This document shows, in pieces, positions 51,581-60,888 of a stretch of DNA of 64,000 bases. Under the pieces are notes generated by a model. That model was not told where the DNA came from. It saw only the letters and a program-made list of their open reading frames with translations, and made no database searches. Both the position numbers and the translations under genes were made by a program. The stretch lies in contig CAZSED010000011.1 in assembly GCA_964605885.1 (NCBI GenBank), positions 1,073 through 65,072 of the forward strand, given 5' to 3'. Position 1 is the first letter of the stretch. Each line of letters opens with the position of its first letter. Origin of the DNA: an uncultured Dehalococcoidales bacterium. GTDB taxonomy: Bacteria > Chloroflexota > Dehalococcoidia > GIF9 > UBA5629.

Positions 51581-52093
51581 ATGGCAAAGGTAAAGTCAGC
51601 CCCAATACCCGCTTCAGATACGGGAAGAGGCTTTGCGGGCAAGGCGTTCCAGCGCATCCAGGGCATCATCGATGATACGGGCGGTCAGGCCGGGGCACCC
51701 ATACGCGTGCTGCAGCAGGCGCAGGGCATAGTCGGATACCTGCCCCCCACAGTGCTCAAAACCATTTCAAGGGACCTCAAGATCCCCCTGGCCGAGCTTC
51801 ACGGCGTAGTCACCTTCTACAGTTTCTTTACCATGCAGCCCAAGGGCAGGCACGTCATCCAGGTCTGCCTGGGCACCGCCTGCTATGTGAAAGGCGGCCA
51901 GGATATCCTGGACATCCTGAAAAAGGATTACGGACTTGAACCGGAAGGCATAACTCCCGACGGCAAGTTCTCCCTGGAGATCGTACGCTGCCTGGGCTGC
52001 TGCGGCCTGGCGCCGGTCATTGCCATCGGCGACGATATCCACCGCAAGGTCAAACCCGGCCAGATGAAAGACATTCTGAGTATGTACCACTAG
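51581..52093 (+). CDS. hoxE: NuoE/HoxE-like [2Fe-2S] thioredoxin-fold diaphorase subunit.
   Basis: Cys ligands in CLGTACYVKGG and VRCLGCCGLAPV. AGGAGG RBS. Length 170 aa. Confidence 0.85.
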   Translation: MAKVKSAPIPASDTGRGFAGKAFQRIQGIIDDTGGQAGAPIRVLQQAQGIVGYLPPTVLKTISRDLKIPLAELHGVVTFYSFFTMQPKGRHVIQVCLGTACYVKGGQDILDILKKDYGLEPEGITPDGKFSLEIVRCLGCCGLAPVIAIGDDIHRKVKPGQMKDILSMYH

Positions 52094-52105
52094 GAGGTAA
52101 ATGAA

Positions 52106-55100
52106 GTGCCTAAGATAACCTCTATTGAAGATTTAAATAAACTTAAGAAAGCCGTCGAACCCAGGCTGAAGATCCGCGCGGATGCGGATTTTGGCCATTT
52201 CAAGGGCACCCCGGAGATCTGCATCCAGCAGTGCAGGGGCATGGGCTGCACCGCAGCCGGGGGCGATAAGGTGACCGAAAAATTTGAAGAGCTGATCGCT
52301 AAGAAGGGCATCGGCGGCAAGGTCAATATAGTCAGGACCGGCTGCCTCGGCCCCTGCGAGATGGGCCCGACTGTGATCGTCAACCCCGGTGACATCCTTT
52401 ACGTCAGGGTCAAGCCCGAAGATGTGCAGGAAATCTTTGAGAAGCATATTTTAAACGGCCAGATCGTGGAGCGCCTTGTCTATCACGACCCCACCACCAA
52501 TGAGGCTGTGCCCGAACGGCTTAAGATCAACTTCCTGGCCGACCAGGAGTTCCGCATCCTGCATAACAACGGCATCATCGACCCCTGGAACATCGAAGAG
52601 TACATAGCCCGCGGCGGCTATGAAGCGCTGGCCAGGGCCCTGTATAAGATGAAGCCGGAGGACGTCCTGGAAGAGGTCAAGAAGTCCGGCCTTCGCGGCA
52701 GGGGCGGTGCAGGCTTCCCCACGGCCACCAAGTGGGGCTTCCTCAAAAGCTCGCCCGGCACGGTCAAATACCTGGTCTGCAACGGCGACGAGGGAGACCC
52801 CGGCGCATATATGAACCGTGCGGTGCTGGAAGGCAACCCCCATTCAATAATAGAAGGTATGGCTCTGGGCGCTTACGCCGTGGGCAACGTCAGCCAGGGC
52901 TTCGCCTATATACGTGCCGAGTACCCGCTGGCCATCGAAACACTCAGCGCGGCCATCGCTCAAGCCCGTGAGTACGGGCTGCTCGGCAAAAACATACTGG
53001 GCACCGATTTTCAATTCAACCTGGACATTTTCCCCGGCGCGGGAGCTTTCGTCTGCGGCGAGGAGACGGCTCTGCTCATCTCTATCGAGGGCAAGCGCGG
53101 CATGCCGCGGCAGAGGCCCCCCTTCCCCTCGGATAAGGGCCTTTTTGGCAAGCCCACGGCCATCAACAACGTGGAAACCTGGTCCATAGTTCCCAGGATC
53201 ATTCGTGAGGGCGCAGACTGGTTCGCCTCTGTGGGCAGCGATAAGAGCAAGGGCACCAAGTCCTTCAGCCTGGTAGGCAAGGTCAATAACGTCGGCCTGG
53301 TCGAGGTGCCGCTGGGCACCAGCCTGGGCAAGATAGTATTCGATATCGGCGGCGGCGTGCCCAAGGGCAAGAGGTACAAGGCCACCCAGATGGGCGGCCC
53401 CTCGGGCGGCGTCATACCCATAGAACACGTCAACGTGCCGGTCGACTACGAGTCCGTCACGGCGCTGGGCGCCATTATGGGCTCGGGCGGCCTGGTCGTC
53501 ATGGACGAGGACAACTGCATGGTGGACATCGCCAAGATGTTCCTGGGCTTCACCAGGGACGAGTCCTGCGGCAAATGTGTCCCCTGCCGTGCCGGCATAC
53601 CTAAGCTGCTCTCAATACTGAACAAGATCACCAGCGGCCAGGGCACCATGGAGGACCTGGATATCCTGCAGGAACTTTCGGAGATGATCCAGAGTTGCTC
53701 CATCTGCGGCCTGGGCCAGACGGCCCCCAACCCGGCTGTGTCTACGCTGAGGCACTTCAGGGAAGAGTATGAAAGCCACATCATCGACAAGCACTGCCCG
53801 GCCTCGCTCTGCCAGGCTCTGTTCCGCGCACCCTGTCAGCATACCTGCCCGGTAGGCCTGGATGTGCCCGGCTATATGGCGCTGACCAAGGAAGGCAGGC
53901 CGGCTGACGCCTACAAGCTCATCAGCCAGAGGCTGCCGCTTCCCATGACGGTAGGCCGCGTCTGCCCTCATCCCTGCGAGAAGAAATGCCGCAGGGGCCA
54001 GGTGGACGAACCCATCGCCATCAGGCATATAAAGAGGTATGTATCGGACTTTGCCTGGGAGCACAACCTCTCCTACGTGCCTGAGATCAAGGGCTCGAAG
54101 GCTGAGAAAGTGGCCATAATCGGCGCAGGGCCGGCGGGGCTCTCCGCAGCCTGGGACCTGGCAGTCGAGGGCTACAAGGTAACCATCTTCGAGGCCCTGC
54201 CTGTGGCGGGCGGCATGCTGGCCGTGGGCATACCTGAGTACAGGCTCCCCAAGGACGTACTGAATAAGGAAATCGATAATATTAAGAAGCTGGGCATCGA
54301 GATCAAGCTCAACAGCCCGGTCAAGGACATAGATTCACTCTTCAAGGACGGCTACAAGGCCGTGTTCGTGGCCATCGGCGCCCACAAGGGCGACAAGATG
54401 GGCATACCCGGCGAGGAGCTGTCAGGCGTCTATGACGCCATAGACTTCCTGCGGAATATAAACCTTGGCAAAGAAATCTCCATCCGAAGCAAGGTTGCCG
54501 TCATCGGCGGCGGCAACTCGGCTATCGACGCCGCCAGGGTGGCGGTTCGCAAGGGCGCCAAGGAAGTGCACATAGTATACCGCCGCGAAAAAGTGGATAT
54601 GCCTGCTGAAGAGGAAGAGATTGCAGCAGCCGAGGAAGAGGGCGTGAAGCTCCACGTCCTGGCCGCGCCGGTCAAGGTGATCGGCAAGGACGGCAAGGTG
54701 TCTGCTATTGAATGCGCACGCATGGCGCTCGGAGAGTTCGACAGGAGCGGCAGGCGTTCACCCAAGCCCATACAGGGCTCAGAGTTTACCCTTGAAGTGG
54801 ACATGCTGATCGAGGCCATCGGCCAGAGGCCGGACACCGCCTCAATGAACCTGGGCGGCGCCAAGACCGGCAAGGGCGGAACGCTGGTTGCCGATAAACG
54901 GACGCTGGCCACAGAGCAGAAGGGGGTCTTCGTCGGCGGTGACGCCTTTACCGGCCCCTGGACAGTTATTGAGGCCATCGCATCCGGCCAGAGGGCTGCC
55001 TCATCCATCAAACGCTTCCTGAGCGGTAAAGAGCTCGGTCCCAGGGTCGACCGCAAGGATCCCGAGACCATCGAATACAACCATATCGCCCCCACTGACG

Positions 55101-55246
55101 AAGAGACCAGCCCGCACCCAAGGGTTGCAATGAAGGAAATACCGCTGGCCGAGAGGAAGTCTACGTTCAAGGAAGCCGTGGTCAACTTCACCGCCAAGGA
55201 AGCCAAGGAAGAATGCACCCGATGCCTGCGATGCGATATCGGATAG
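52106..55246 (+). CDS. NuoF/HoxF-like NAD(P)H-binding flavoprotein with an N-terminal extra [2Fe-2S] thioredoxin-like domain, fused to a C-terminal GltD/NfnB-like FAD/NAD(P)H oxidoreductase module.
   Basis: N-terminal CRGMGC...CLGPCEMGP (2Fe-2S). NuoF FMN and NADH site GLRGRGGAGFPTATKWGF. N3 cluster ESCGKCVPCRAG...CSICGLGQTA. This is followed by two GltD-type [4Fe-4S] Cys clusters (CQHTCPVG, CPHPCEKKC) and dinucleotide folds VAIIGAGPAGLSAAWDLA and VAVIGGGNSAIDAA. GTG start at 52106 with AGGAGG 8 nt upstream. Length 1046 aa. Confidence 0.85.
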   Translation: MPKITSIEDLNKLKKAVEPRLKIRADADFGHFKGTPEICIQQCRGMGCTAAGGDKVTEKFEELIAKKGIGGKVNIVRTGCLGPCEMGPTVIVNPGDILYVRVKPEDVQEIFEKHILNGQIVERLVYHDPTTNEAVPERLKINFLADQEFRILHNNGIIDPWNIEEYIARGGYEALARALYKMKPEDVLEEVKKSGLRGRGGAGFPTATKWGFLKSSPGTVKYLVCNGDEGDPGAYMNRAVLEGNPHSIIEGMALGAYAVGNVSQGFAYIRAEYPLAIETLSAAIAQAREYGLLGKNILGTDFQFNLDIFPGAGAFVCGEETALLISIEGKRGMPRQRPPFPSDKGLFGKPTAINNVETWSIVPRIIREGADWFASVGSDKSKGTKSFSLVGKVNNVGLVEVPLGTSLGKIVFDIGGGVPKGKRYKATQMGGPSGGVIPIEHVNVPVDYESVTALGAIMGSGGLVVMDEDNCMVDIAKMFLGFTRDESCGKCVPCRAGIPKLLSILNKITSGQGTMEDLDILQELSEMIQSCSICGLGQTAPNPAVSTLRHFREEYESHIIDKHCPASLCQALFRAPCQHTCPVGLDVPGYMALTKEGRPADAYKLISQRLPLPMTVGRVCPHPCEKKCRRGQVDEPIAIRHIKRYVSDFAWEHNLSYVPEIKGSKAEKVAIIGAGPAGLSAAWDLAVEGYKVTIFEALPVAGGMLAVGIPEYRLPKDVLNKEIDNIKKLGIEIKLNSPVKDIDSLFKDGYKAVFVAIGAHKGDKMGIPGEELSGVYDAIDFLRNINLGKEISIRSKVAVIGGGNSAIDAARVAVRKGAKEVHIVYRREKVDMPAEEEEIAAAEEEGVKLHVLAAPVKVIGKDGKVSAIECARMALGEFDRSGRRSPKPIQGSEFTLEVDMLIEAIGQRPDTASMNLGGAKTGKGGTLVADKRTLATEQKGVFVGGDAFTGPWTVIEAIASGQRAASSIKRFLSGKELGPRVDRKDPETIEYNHIAPTDEETSPHPRVAMKEIPLAERKSTFKEAVVNFTAKEAKEECTRCLRCDIG

Positions 55247-55259
55247 GAGATAAGGCAAA

Positions 55260-57221
55260 ATGAGTGAAATAACATTAACCATTAATGGAAAACAGGTCAA
55301 AGGCAACCAGGGCGATACCATCCTGGATATCTGCACGGCCAACGGCATAGACATACCCACTCTATGCCACCATAAAGGCCTGACCGACGTTGCCGCCTGC
55401 AGGCTCTGCCTGGTCGAGATCGAGAAGGAAAGGGGCCCCAGGCCCGCCTGTACCTATCCGGCACGCGACGGCCTGGTGATAAATACCAGCAGCGAAAAAC
55501 TGGAAAAGTACCGCCGACTGATACTGGAGTTGCTCTTCACGGAGAGGAACCACCTGTGCGCTTACTGCGTCGCCAGCGGCGATTGCGAGCTGCAGAGCAT
55601 GGCCTACCGCTACCAGATGGACAGCACGCGCTACCAGTACTCCTGGCCCAACGTTATAGTCGATTCTTCCCATCCCTACGTGGTAATGGACCACAACAGA
55701 TGCATACTGTGCGGCAGGTGCATCAGGACCTGTGACGAGATCACAGGCGCCCACGCACTGGACTTTGGCAAGCGCGGCTGGAAGACCATGGTCTGCGCCG
55801 ATATCAACCAGCCCCTGGGCGAGTCCTCTTGCATCTCCTGCGGCGGCTGCTTTCAGGCATGCCCCACAGGAGCAATCTTCTCCAAGGGAAGCGCCTACAA
55901 GGGAAGGCCGGATGAATGCCAGGCCGTTGAATCGACCTGCGCCATCTGCGGCATTGGCTGCGACATCAAGGGGCTGGTCAAGGACAATAAGGTCGTCAGG
56001 ATAGACAGCCCGGACATGACCAGGCCGCGCGGCCTGCTGTGCGATATGGGACGTTTCGGACCGTTGTATAAAGCTGCGGAGAGGATCACGACCCCCATGA
56101 AGAAAAACACCAAGGGCCAGCTGGTTGATTGCACTTATGATGAAGCTTTCGAGGCCATCGCCAAGAAGCTCGGCGGCCTTTCAAGCATGGCCGGCCTGGC
56201 TTCCAGCAAAGCCAGCACGGAGGCCCTCAAGGCTTTCGCGGACTTAATGACCAGGACACTGAACAGCAAAATGGTCGATACCCTGGACGGGGATGATTTC
56301 AGGACCATTTCTGCAGCGACCGCCCAGGCTGGCGGCGACGGCAACCTGAAAATGGAGGCCAAGCTCGAGGATATCCTGATCGCGGACTGCATTCTGGTCA
56401 TCGGGGCACATCCCATCAAGACACACCCGGTGATCGGCTCATATATTATGCGCGCCGCTACCAAGAACAAGGCACAACTGGTCGTTCTTGACCCGTTGCG
56501 CAATCCCTTCACCTTCCGCGCCACCGCCTGGCTGAAGCCGGCCGAGGGCAAGGAAGGACTGACCATCAAGGCCCTGGGCAATGCCATCCTGGATCACGGC
56601 CTAGCCAAGACCGCCGGCGATAAGAACAAGTTTGGAGCCGAGTTCAAGGAGGTCGAAGCCAAGAAGGCCGCCAAGGACCTGGGAATCGACGTCCATGATA
56701 TTTATAAGTCGGCCGAGGCTCTGGCCGAGGCCAAGAACGTCGTCATCATTTACGGCAACGGCATTCTGCAGTATAAGAACCCTGACCTGGTGACCACCAT
56801 ACTGAACCTGGCCGGACTGGTCAGCAGCAAACCCAGGGTCATCTCATTGAAGAGGAACGGCAACAGCCGGGGCGCCTGGGAGATGGGAATCAGCAATGTT
56901 AAAAGCTCGGTCATGGCCGAGGTAGCCAAAGGAAAGGCCAAGGGGCTGTACCTGCTGCTGGCTGACGACATGGCCGACTCGCAGGCGCTGGCTGACAGCC
57001 TGAAAGGGCTGGACTTCCTGGTTGTGCAGGCCAGCTACCAGTCGCCGGTTACGGCCAAAGCCAACGTGGTGCTGCCCTCTTTGCTGTGGACTGAGGCAAA
57101 AGGCAGCTATACCACACTGGACGGCATAAGCAAGTCCACCAGACCCATGGTCAAGTCCATGGCGGAGATAAAAGATGACGCGGCAACCCTGAAAGAGGTT
57201 GCCGGGCATCTGAAGAAATAA
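55260..57221 (+). CDS. NuoG/formate-dehydrogenase-alpha-like Fe-S subunit, N-terminal cluster modules plus a partial molybdopterin-oxidoreductase fold.
   Basis: [2Fe-2S] CHHKGLTDVAACRLC; His-ligated [4Fe-4S] CAYCVASGDCELQ; two ferredoxin-type clusters CILCGRCIRTC and CISCGGCFQACP; the MopB Fe4S4 domain CAICGIGCDIKGL. At 653 aa it is too short for a complete catalytic FdhA. Confidence 0.8.
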   Translation: MSEITLTINGKQVKGNQGDTILDICTANGIDIPTLCHHKGLTDVAACRLCLVEIEKERGPRPACTYPARDGLVINTSSEKLEKYRRLILELLFTERNHLCAYCVASGDCELQSMAYRYQMDSTRYQYSWPNVIVDSSHPYVVMDHNRCILCGRCIRTCDEITGAHALDFGKRGWKTMVCADINQPLGESSCISCGGCFQACPTGAIFSKGSAYKGRPDECQAVESTCAICGIGCDIKGLVKDNKVVRIDSPDMTRPRGLLCDMGRFGPLYKAAERITTPMKKNTKGQLVDCTYDEAFEAIAKKLGGLSSMAGLASSKASTEALKAFADLMTRTLNSKMVDTLDGDDFRTISAATAQAGGDGNLKMEAKLEDILIADCILVIGAHPIKTHPVIGSYIMRAATKNKAQLVVLDPLRNPFTFRATAWLKPAEGKEGLTIKALGNAILDHGLAKTAGDKNKFGAEFKEVEAKKAAKDLGIDVHDIYKSAEALAEAKNVVIIYGNGILQYKNPDLVTTILNLAGLVSSKPRVISLKRNGNSRGAWEMGISNVKSSVMAEVAKGKAKGLYLLLADDMADSQALADSLKGLDFLVVQASYQSPVTAKANVVLPSLLWTEAKGSYTTLDGISKSTRPMVKSMAEIKDDAATLKEVAGHLKK

Positions 57222-57241
57222 ATGCCCCAAGGAGTGATCAG

Positions 57242-57778
57242 ATGGCTAAAGTAAAAGTTGCTACCGTGTGGTTGGAAGCGTGCTCAGGATGTCACATGTC
57301 CTTCCTGGACATCGATGAGTTTATTATCGACGTGTCCAAGCTGGTCGAGTTTCACAGGAGCCCGATAACAGATATCAAGAAATTCACTCCCGTAGATGTG
57401 GGCATTGTCGAAGGCTCTGTCGGCAACGAGGAAGAGAAAGAGATCATCGAAGAGCTGCGCCATAACTGCAAGATATTGATGGCCTGGGGCGACTGCGCCT
57501 GCTTCGGCGGCGTCTGCGCTATGCGCAGCTCCCTGGACAAGGACGAGGTGCTCAAATACGGTTACATCGACACCGCCAGCACCTACAAGGGCAAGATACC
57601 TCAATCTCCCGGCGTGCCGGCCCTGCTGGATAAGGTTTATCCGGCCAACCAGATAGTTAAAGTTGATTGCTATGTGCCCGGTTGTCCTCCGGAGCCTGAG
57701 GCTATCAAGTACGCCTTGACGGAGCTGCTGGCAGGCAGAATACCCATCCTGCCCAGCAACATTATGCGCTTTGATTAA
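57242..57778 (+). CDS. hoxY: [NiFe]-hydrogenase small subunit (group 3, HoxY/MvhG-like, NuoB fold).
   Basis: Proximal-cluster Cys pattern CSGC...GDCACFGG...CPPEP. AAGGAG RBS. Length 178 aa. Confidence 0.85.
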   Translation: MAKVKVATVWLEACSGCHMSFLDIDEFIIDVSKLVEFHRSPITDIKKFTPVDVGIVEGSVGNEEEKEIIEELRHNCKILMAWGDCACFGGVCAMRSSLDKDEVLKYGYIDTASTYKGKIPQSPGVPALLDKVYPANQIVKVDCYVPGCPPEPEAIKYALTELLAGRIPILPSNIMRFD

Positions 57779-57788
57779 GAGGTGAAAA

Positions 57789-59216
57789 ATGACAGGCAAG
57801 ATAATTGAAATCAACCCCGTTACCAGGGTGGAAGGACACGGCAAGGTCACCATCCAGCTGGATGAGGCCGGCGATGTCGCTTCGGCCAGGTTTCACAATA
57901 CCCAGTTCCGCGGCTTTGAAAGATTCTGCCAGGGGCAGGTCTTCTGGGAGATGCCAAACATTACGACACGCATCTGCGGCATCTGCCCGGTCAGTCACCA
58001 ACTGGCATCGGCCAAGGCCTGCGATGCTATACTCGGCGTAGAGCTGACGCGCCCAGGTAAGCTGTTAAGGGAATTACTGCACCAGGCCCAGTATATACAG
58101 TCCCATGCGCTGCACTTTTTCCACCTGGCCAGCCCGGATTTTTTACTGGGCTTTGATTCCAATCCCGCTACCAGGAATGTTATCGGGCTTATAGGAGCGG
58201 ATCCTGGACTGGCAACCGAGGCGGTCAAGCTGCGTAGCTTTGGCCAGACTATAATTAAAAAGCTGGGCGGCAAAAAGATCCACATGAACGCAGCTTGTCC
58301 CGGCGGGATGACAACTGCCCTTAAGGTTGAAGACAGGGATGCTTTCCTCAAACAGATTGATTGGGCCATTGGAGATGCCCAGCTGGCCGTAAAAATTTTT
58401 AAAGACTACGTGGGCAAAAACCAGGCTATGGTCGACACCTTTGCCACATTCCCCTCCGCCTATATGGGCATGGTCGACGAAAACAACAACCTCGCCCTGT
58501 ATGATGGCAACCTCAGGCTGATTGATTCCAAGGGTGTTGTACTGGAAGAGCAGTTCAACCCGGCGAAATACCTTGATATCATAGCCGAACACGTAGAAGA
58601 CTGGTCATATATGAAATTCCCCTTCTATAAGAGCCTCGGCTACCCGGGCGGCATCTACCGCGCCGGACCGTTGGGCCGCCTCAATGTCTGCAACGGCATC
58701 ACTACACCGCTGGCCAATGCTGAGCTTAAAAACTTCAAGAAACTGAGCAAATTCGGTTTTGTCGAGGGCTCCATGTATTTCCATTATGCACGTCTGATCG
58801 AGCTCATCTACTGCATCGAAAGAGCACGTGAGATACTGGAGGATAAGGACGTTACATCCACAGATCTGCAGGTTAATTCGACCAAATACAATGAGCATGG
58901 AGTCGGCGTTGTAGAGGCGCCAAGGGGAACCCTCTTCCATGACTACTGGGTAGACGAGACAGGTAAAATCACCGGGGTCAATCTTATCGTAGCCACAGGC
59001 AATAATAATGCGGCCATGAACCGCTCTGTGTACGAAGTTGCCCGGGACTACATCAAGAAGGGCAACGTCACCGAGGGCATCCTCAACAGGGTCGAAGTCG
59101 CCATACGCTGCTATGATCCCTGCCTTTCATGCTCCACGCACGCGCTGGGCCAGATGCCCCTGCTGATACAGCTCCGCTCGCCTGAGGGTGAGATAGTCAA
59201 GGAAATCTACAGCTAG
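57789..59216 (+). CDS. hoxH: [NiFe]-hydrogenase large subunit (group 3, HoxH-like).
   Basis: N-terminal Ni-binding motif [11 protein letters not shown]-terminal DPCLSCSTH followed by a 24-residue tail typical of endopeptidase-processed large subunits. Confidence 0.9.
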   Translation: MTGKIIEINPVTRVEGHGKVTIQLDEAGDVASARFHNTQFRGFERFCQGQVFWEMPNITTRICGICPVSHQLASAKACDAILGVELTRPGKLLRELLHQAQYIQSHALHFFHLASPDFLLGFDSNPATRNVIGLIGADPGLATEAVKLRSFGQTIIKKLGGKKIHMNAACPGGMTTALKVEDRDAFLKQIDWAIGDAQLAVKIFKDYVGKNQAMVDTFATFPSAYMGMVDENNNLALYDGNLRLIDSKGVVLEEQFNPAKYLDIIAEHVEDWSYMKFPFYKSLGYPGGIYRAGPLGRLNVCNGITTPLANAELKNFKKLSKFGFVEGSMYFHYARLIELIYCIERAREILEDKDVTSTDLQVNSTKYNEHGVGVVEAPRGTLFHDYWVDETGKITGVNLIVATGNNNAAMNRSVYEVARDYIKKGNVTEGILNRVEVAIRCYDPCLSCSTHALGQMPLLIQLRSPEGEIVKEIYS

Positions 59217-59288
59217 GTAGAGTACAGGCACAGTTCAAGGCGGGTTACAAATTTGTAACCCGCCTTTCTTTTCTGATATCGTTTCAAC

Positions 59289-59921
59289 ATGTCAGCCACT
59301 ATCGTCATCGAAGGCCGGGAGGTTAGGGCCAGCAAGGGCGCCAGCCTGCTGTGGACCGCCCTGGACAACGGCTTCTTCATACCCAACCTGTGCAGCCTCA
59401 AGGGCATCAAACGCCCCTTCGCATCCTGCCGCCTGTGCTACGTCGAAATTGCAGGGCGGCCCGGGCCGGTCACCGCCTGCACCGAAAAGGTCAGCGACGG
59501 CCTTTCCGTCAGCCTGAACAGCCCTGCCATCGCCCGGCTGCGCAAGACTGCCTTCGACCTCCTTCTGAGCAATCACCGGGTGGACTGCGGCCGCTGCGTA
59601 AAAAACGGCAGTTGCGAGCTCCAGAAGATAGCCTACCGGGAACATTTCAAGCTGAGAGACAGGCGCTTTCCCAGGATCGACATGGACTTCCCGCTTGACG
59701 CCAGCCATCCCCTTTTCAATTTCGACAGGAACAAGTGTGTGCTGTGCGGCAGGTGCGTCTGGGTCTGCCAGCAGAAAGGCAAGGGAATACTGGATTTCGC
59801 CTACCGGGGCATCAAAACTGTGGTCTCCACCTTCGCCAACGTCCCGCTGGTGGAATCAGGCTGCAACTCCTGTCGTGCCTGCGTTGAGGTATGCCCGGTG
59901 GGCGCCCTTTACTTTAAATGA
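59289..59921 (+). CDS. HoxU-like ferredoxin subunit ([2Fe-2S] plus His-ligated and ferredoxin-type [4Fe-4S]; NuoG N-terminal module only).
   Basis: CSLKGIKRPFASCRLC, CGRCVKNGSCELQ, CVLCGRCVWVCQ and CNSCRACVEVCP. Length 210 aa. Weak RBS. Confidence 0.7.
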   Translation: MSATIVIEGREVRASKGASLLWTALDNGFFIPNLCSLKGIKRPFASCRLCYVEIAGRPGPVTACTEKVSDGLSVSLNSPAIARLRKTAFDLLLSNHRVDCGRCVKNGSCELQKIAYREHFKLRDRRFPRIDMDFPLDASHPLFNFDRNKCVLCGRCVWVCQQKGKGILDFAYRGIKTVVSTFANVPLVESGCNSCRACVEVCPVGALYFK

Positions 59922-59942
59922 TTGGTAAAGGCAGGGAGACAG

Positions 59943-60587
59943 TCATTCCTGCCAGGCGTCTTTGCTGATGAGCGGCACGAACCTGCAGCCGCCCAGGTTT
60001 TCCACCCTGTTGCCGAAATCCCTCTTGGTTACCTTAAGCAGGTCCTGCTCCCACCTGGAGCCCACGGGAATGACCATTATCCCGCCCGTGGCAAGCTGCT
60101 CCAGCAGGGGATTTGGTATCGTGGGCGCAGCGGCGGTAACAACTATGGCGTCATAGGGAGCGAACTCCCTCCAGCCTAGCTCCTCCCCCGCAATCTTGAT
60201 GTGGATATTGGTGTATCCCAGCCCTGCCAGCACATTTTTAGCGCTCTCGGCCAGCTCAGGAATTCTCTCAACGGTGTATACAGACTGCGCCAGCTTGGCC
60301 AGGATTGCGGCCTGGTACCCGCTTCCCGTGCCGACCTCGAGCACCTTTTCCTTTCCTTTAAGCTCCAGGGACTGCGTCATAAGGGCGACTATATATGGCT
60401 GGGAAATGGTCTGCCCCATGCCGATGCTCAGCGGCCTGTCTTCATAGGCTGCCGCCTGCATTTCGGGCGGCACGAAAAGCTCTCTGGGCACTTTGGAAAA
60501 CGCTTCAAGTACGCGTCTATCTTTTATTTGGAAGCTCAGGGATTCGACCAGGATTTTGCGTGGCCTGTCAAAATCCACCGGAGCCAA
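59943..60587 (-). CDS. pcm: Protein-L-isoaspartate O-methyltransferase.
   Basis: SAM motif VLEVGTGSGYQAAILAKL and the family N-terminus TISQPYIVALM. Confidence 0.85.
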   Translation of the reverse strand: MAPVDFDRPRKILVESLSFQIKDRRVLEAFSKVPRELFVPPEMQAAAYEDRPLSIGMGQTISQPYIVALMTQSLELKGKEKVLEVGTGSGYQAAILAKLAQSVYTVERIPELAESAKNVLAGLGYTNIHIKIAGEELGWREFAPYDAIVVTAAAPTIPNPLLEQLATGGIMVIPVGSRWEQDLLKVTKRDFGNRVENLGGCRFVPLISKDAWQE

Positions 60588-60589
60588 CC

Positions 60590-60850
60590 TTAACTTTTCA
60601 TTGAGGGCATAAAGCTCAGGACAATTAAGATGATCAGCAGTGCTCCTGCTATGATGGCTATGTGTATCAGGTCAGTCTTCACATAGTCGTACTGGTGTGC
60701 AGTGATGGGTGTGGCGACGGCGGCCGGCTGCTGCTTTGCCATATTTTGCCCTGCCTGTTTCAGCGGGGCTTGAACCGGCCTGCCGGCAACTGCCGGGGCA
60801 ACCTGAATTCCCCTTGATTTCGCCCGGGCTCTGCGTGATTTCTTTGACAT
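60590..60850 (-). CDS. Hypothetical small tail-anchored protein.
   Basis: Basic N-terminus (MSKKSRRARAKSRG) and a single C-terminal TM helix. Its stop lies 2 nt before the pcm start. Confidence 0.35.
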   Translation of the reverse strand: MSKKSRRARAKSRGIQVAPAVAGRPVQAPLKQAGQNMAKQQPAAVATPITAHQYDYVKTDLIHIAIIAGALLIILIVLSFMPSMKS

Positions 60851-60888
60851 GTTGTTTCTACTCCTGGGGTACTAATATATATCCTTCG

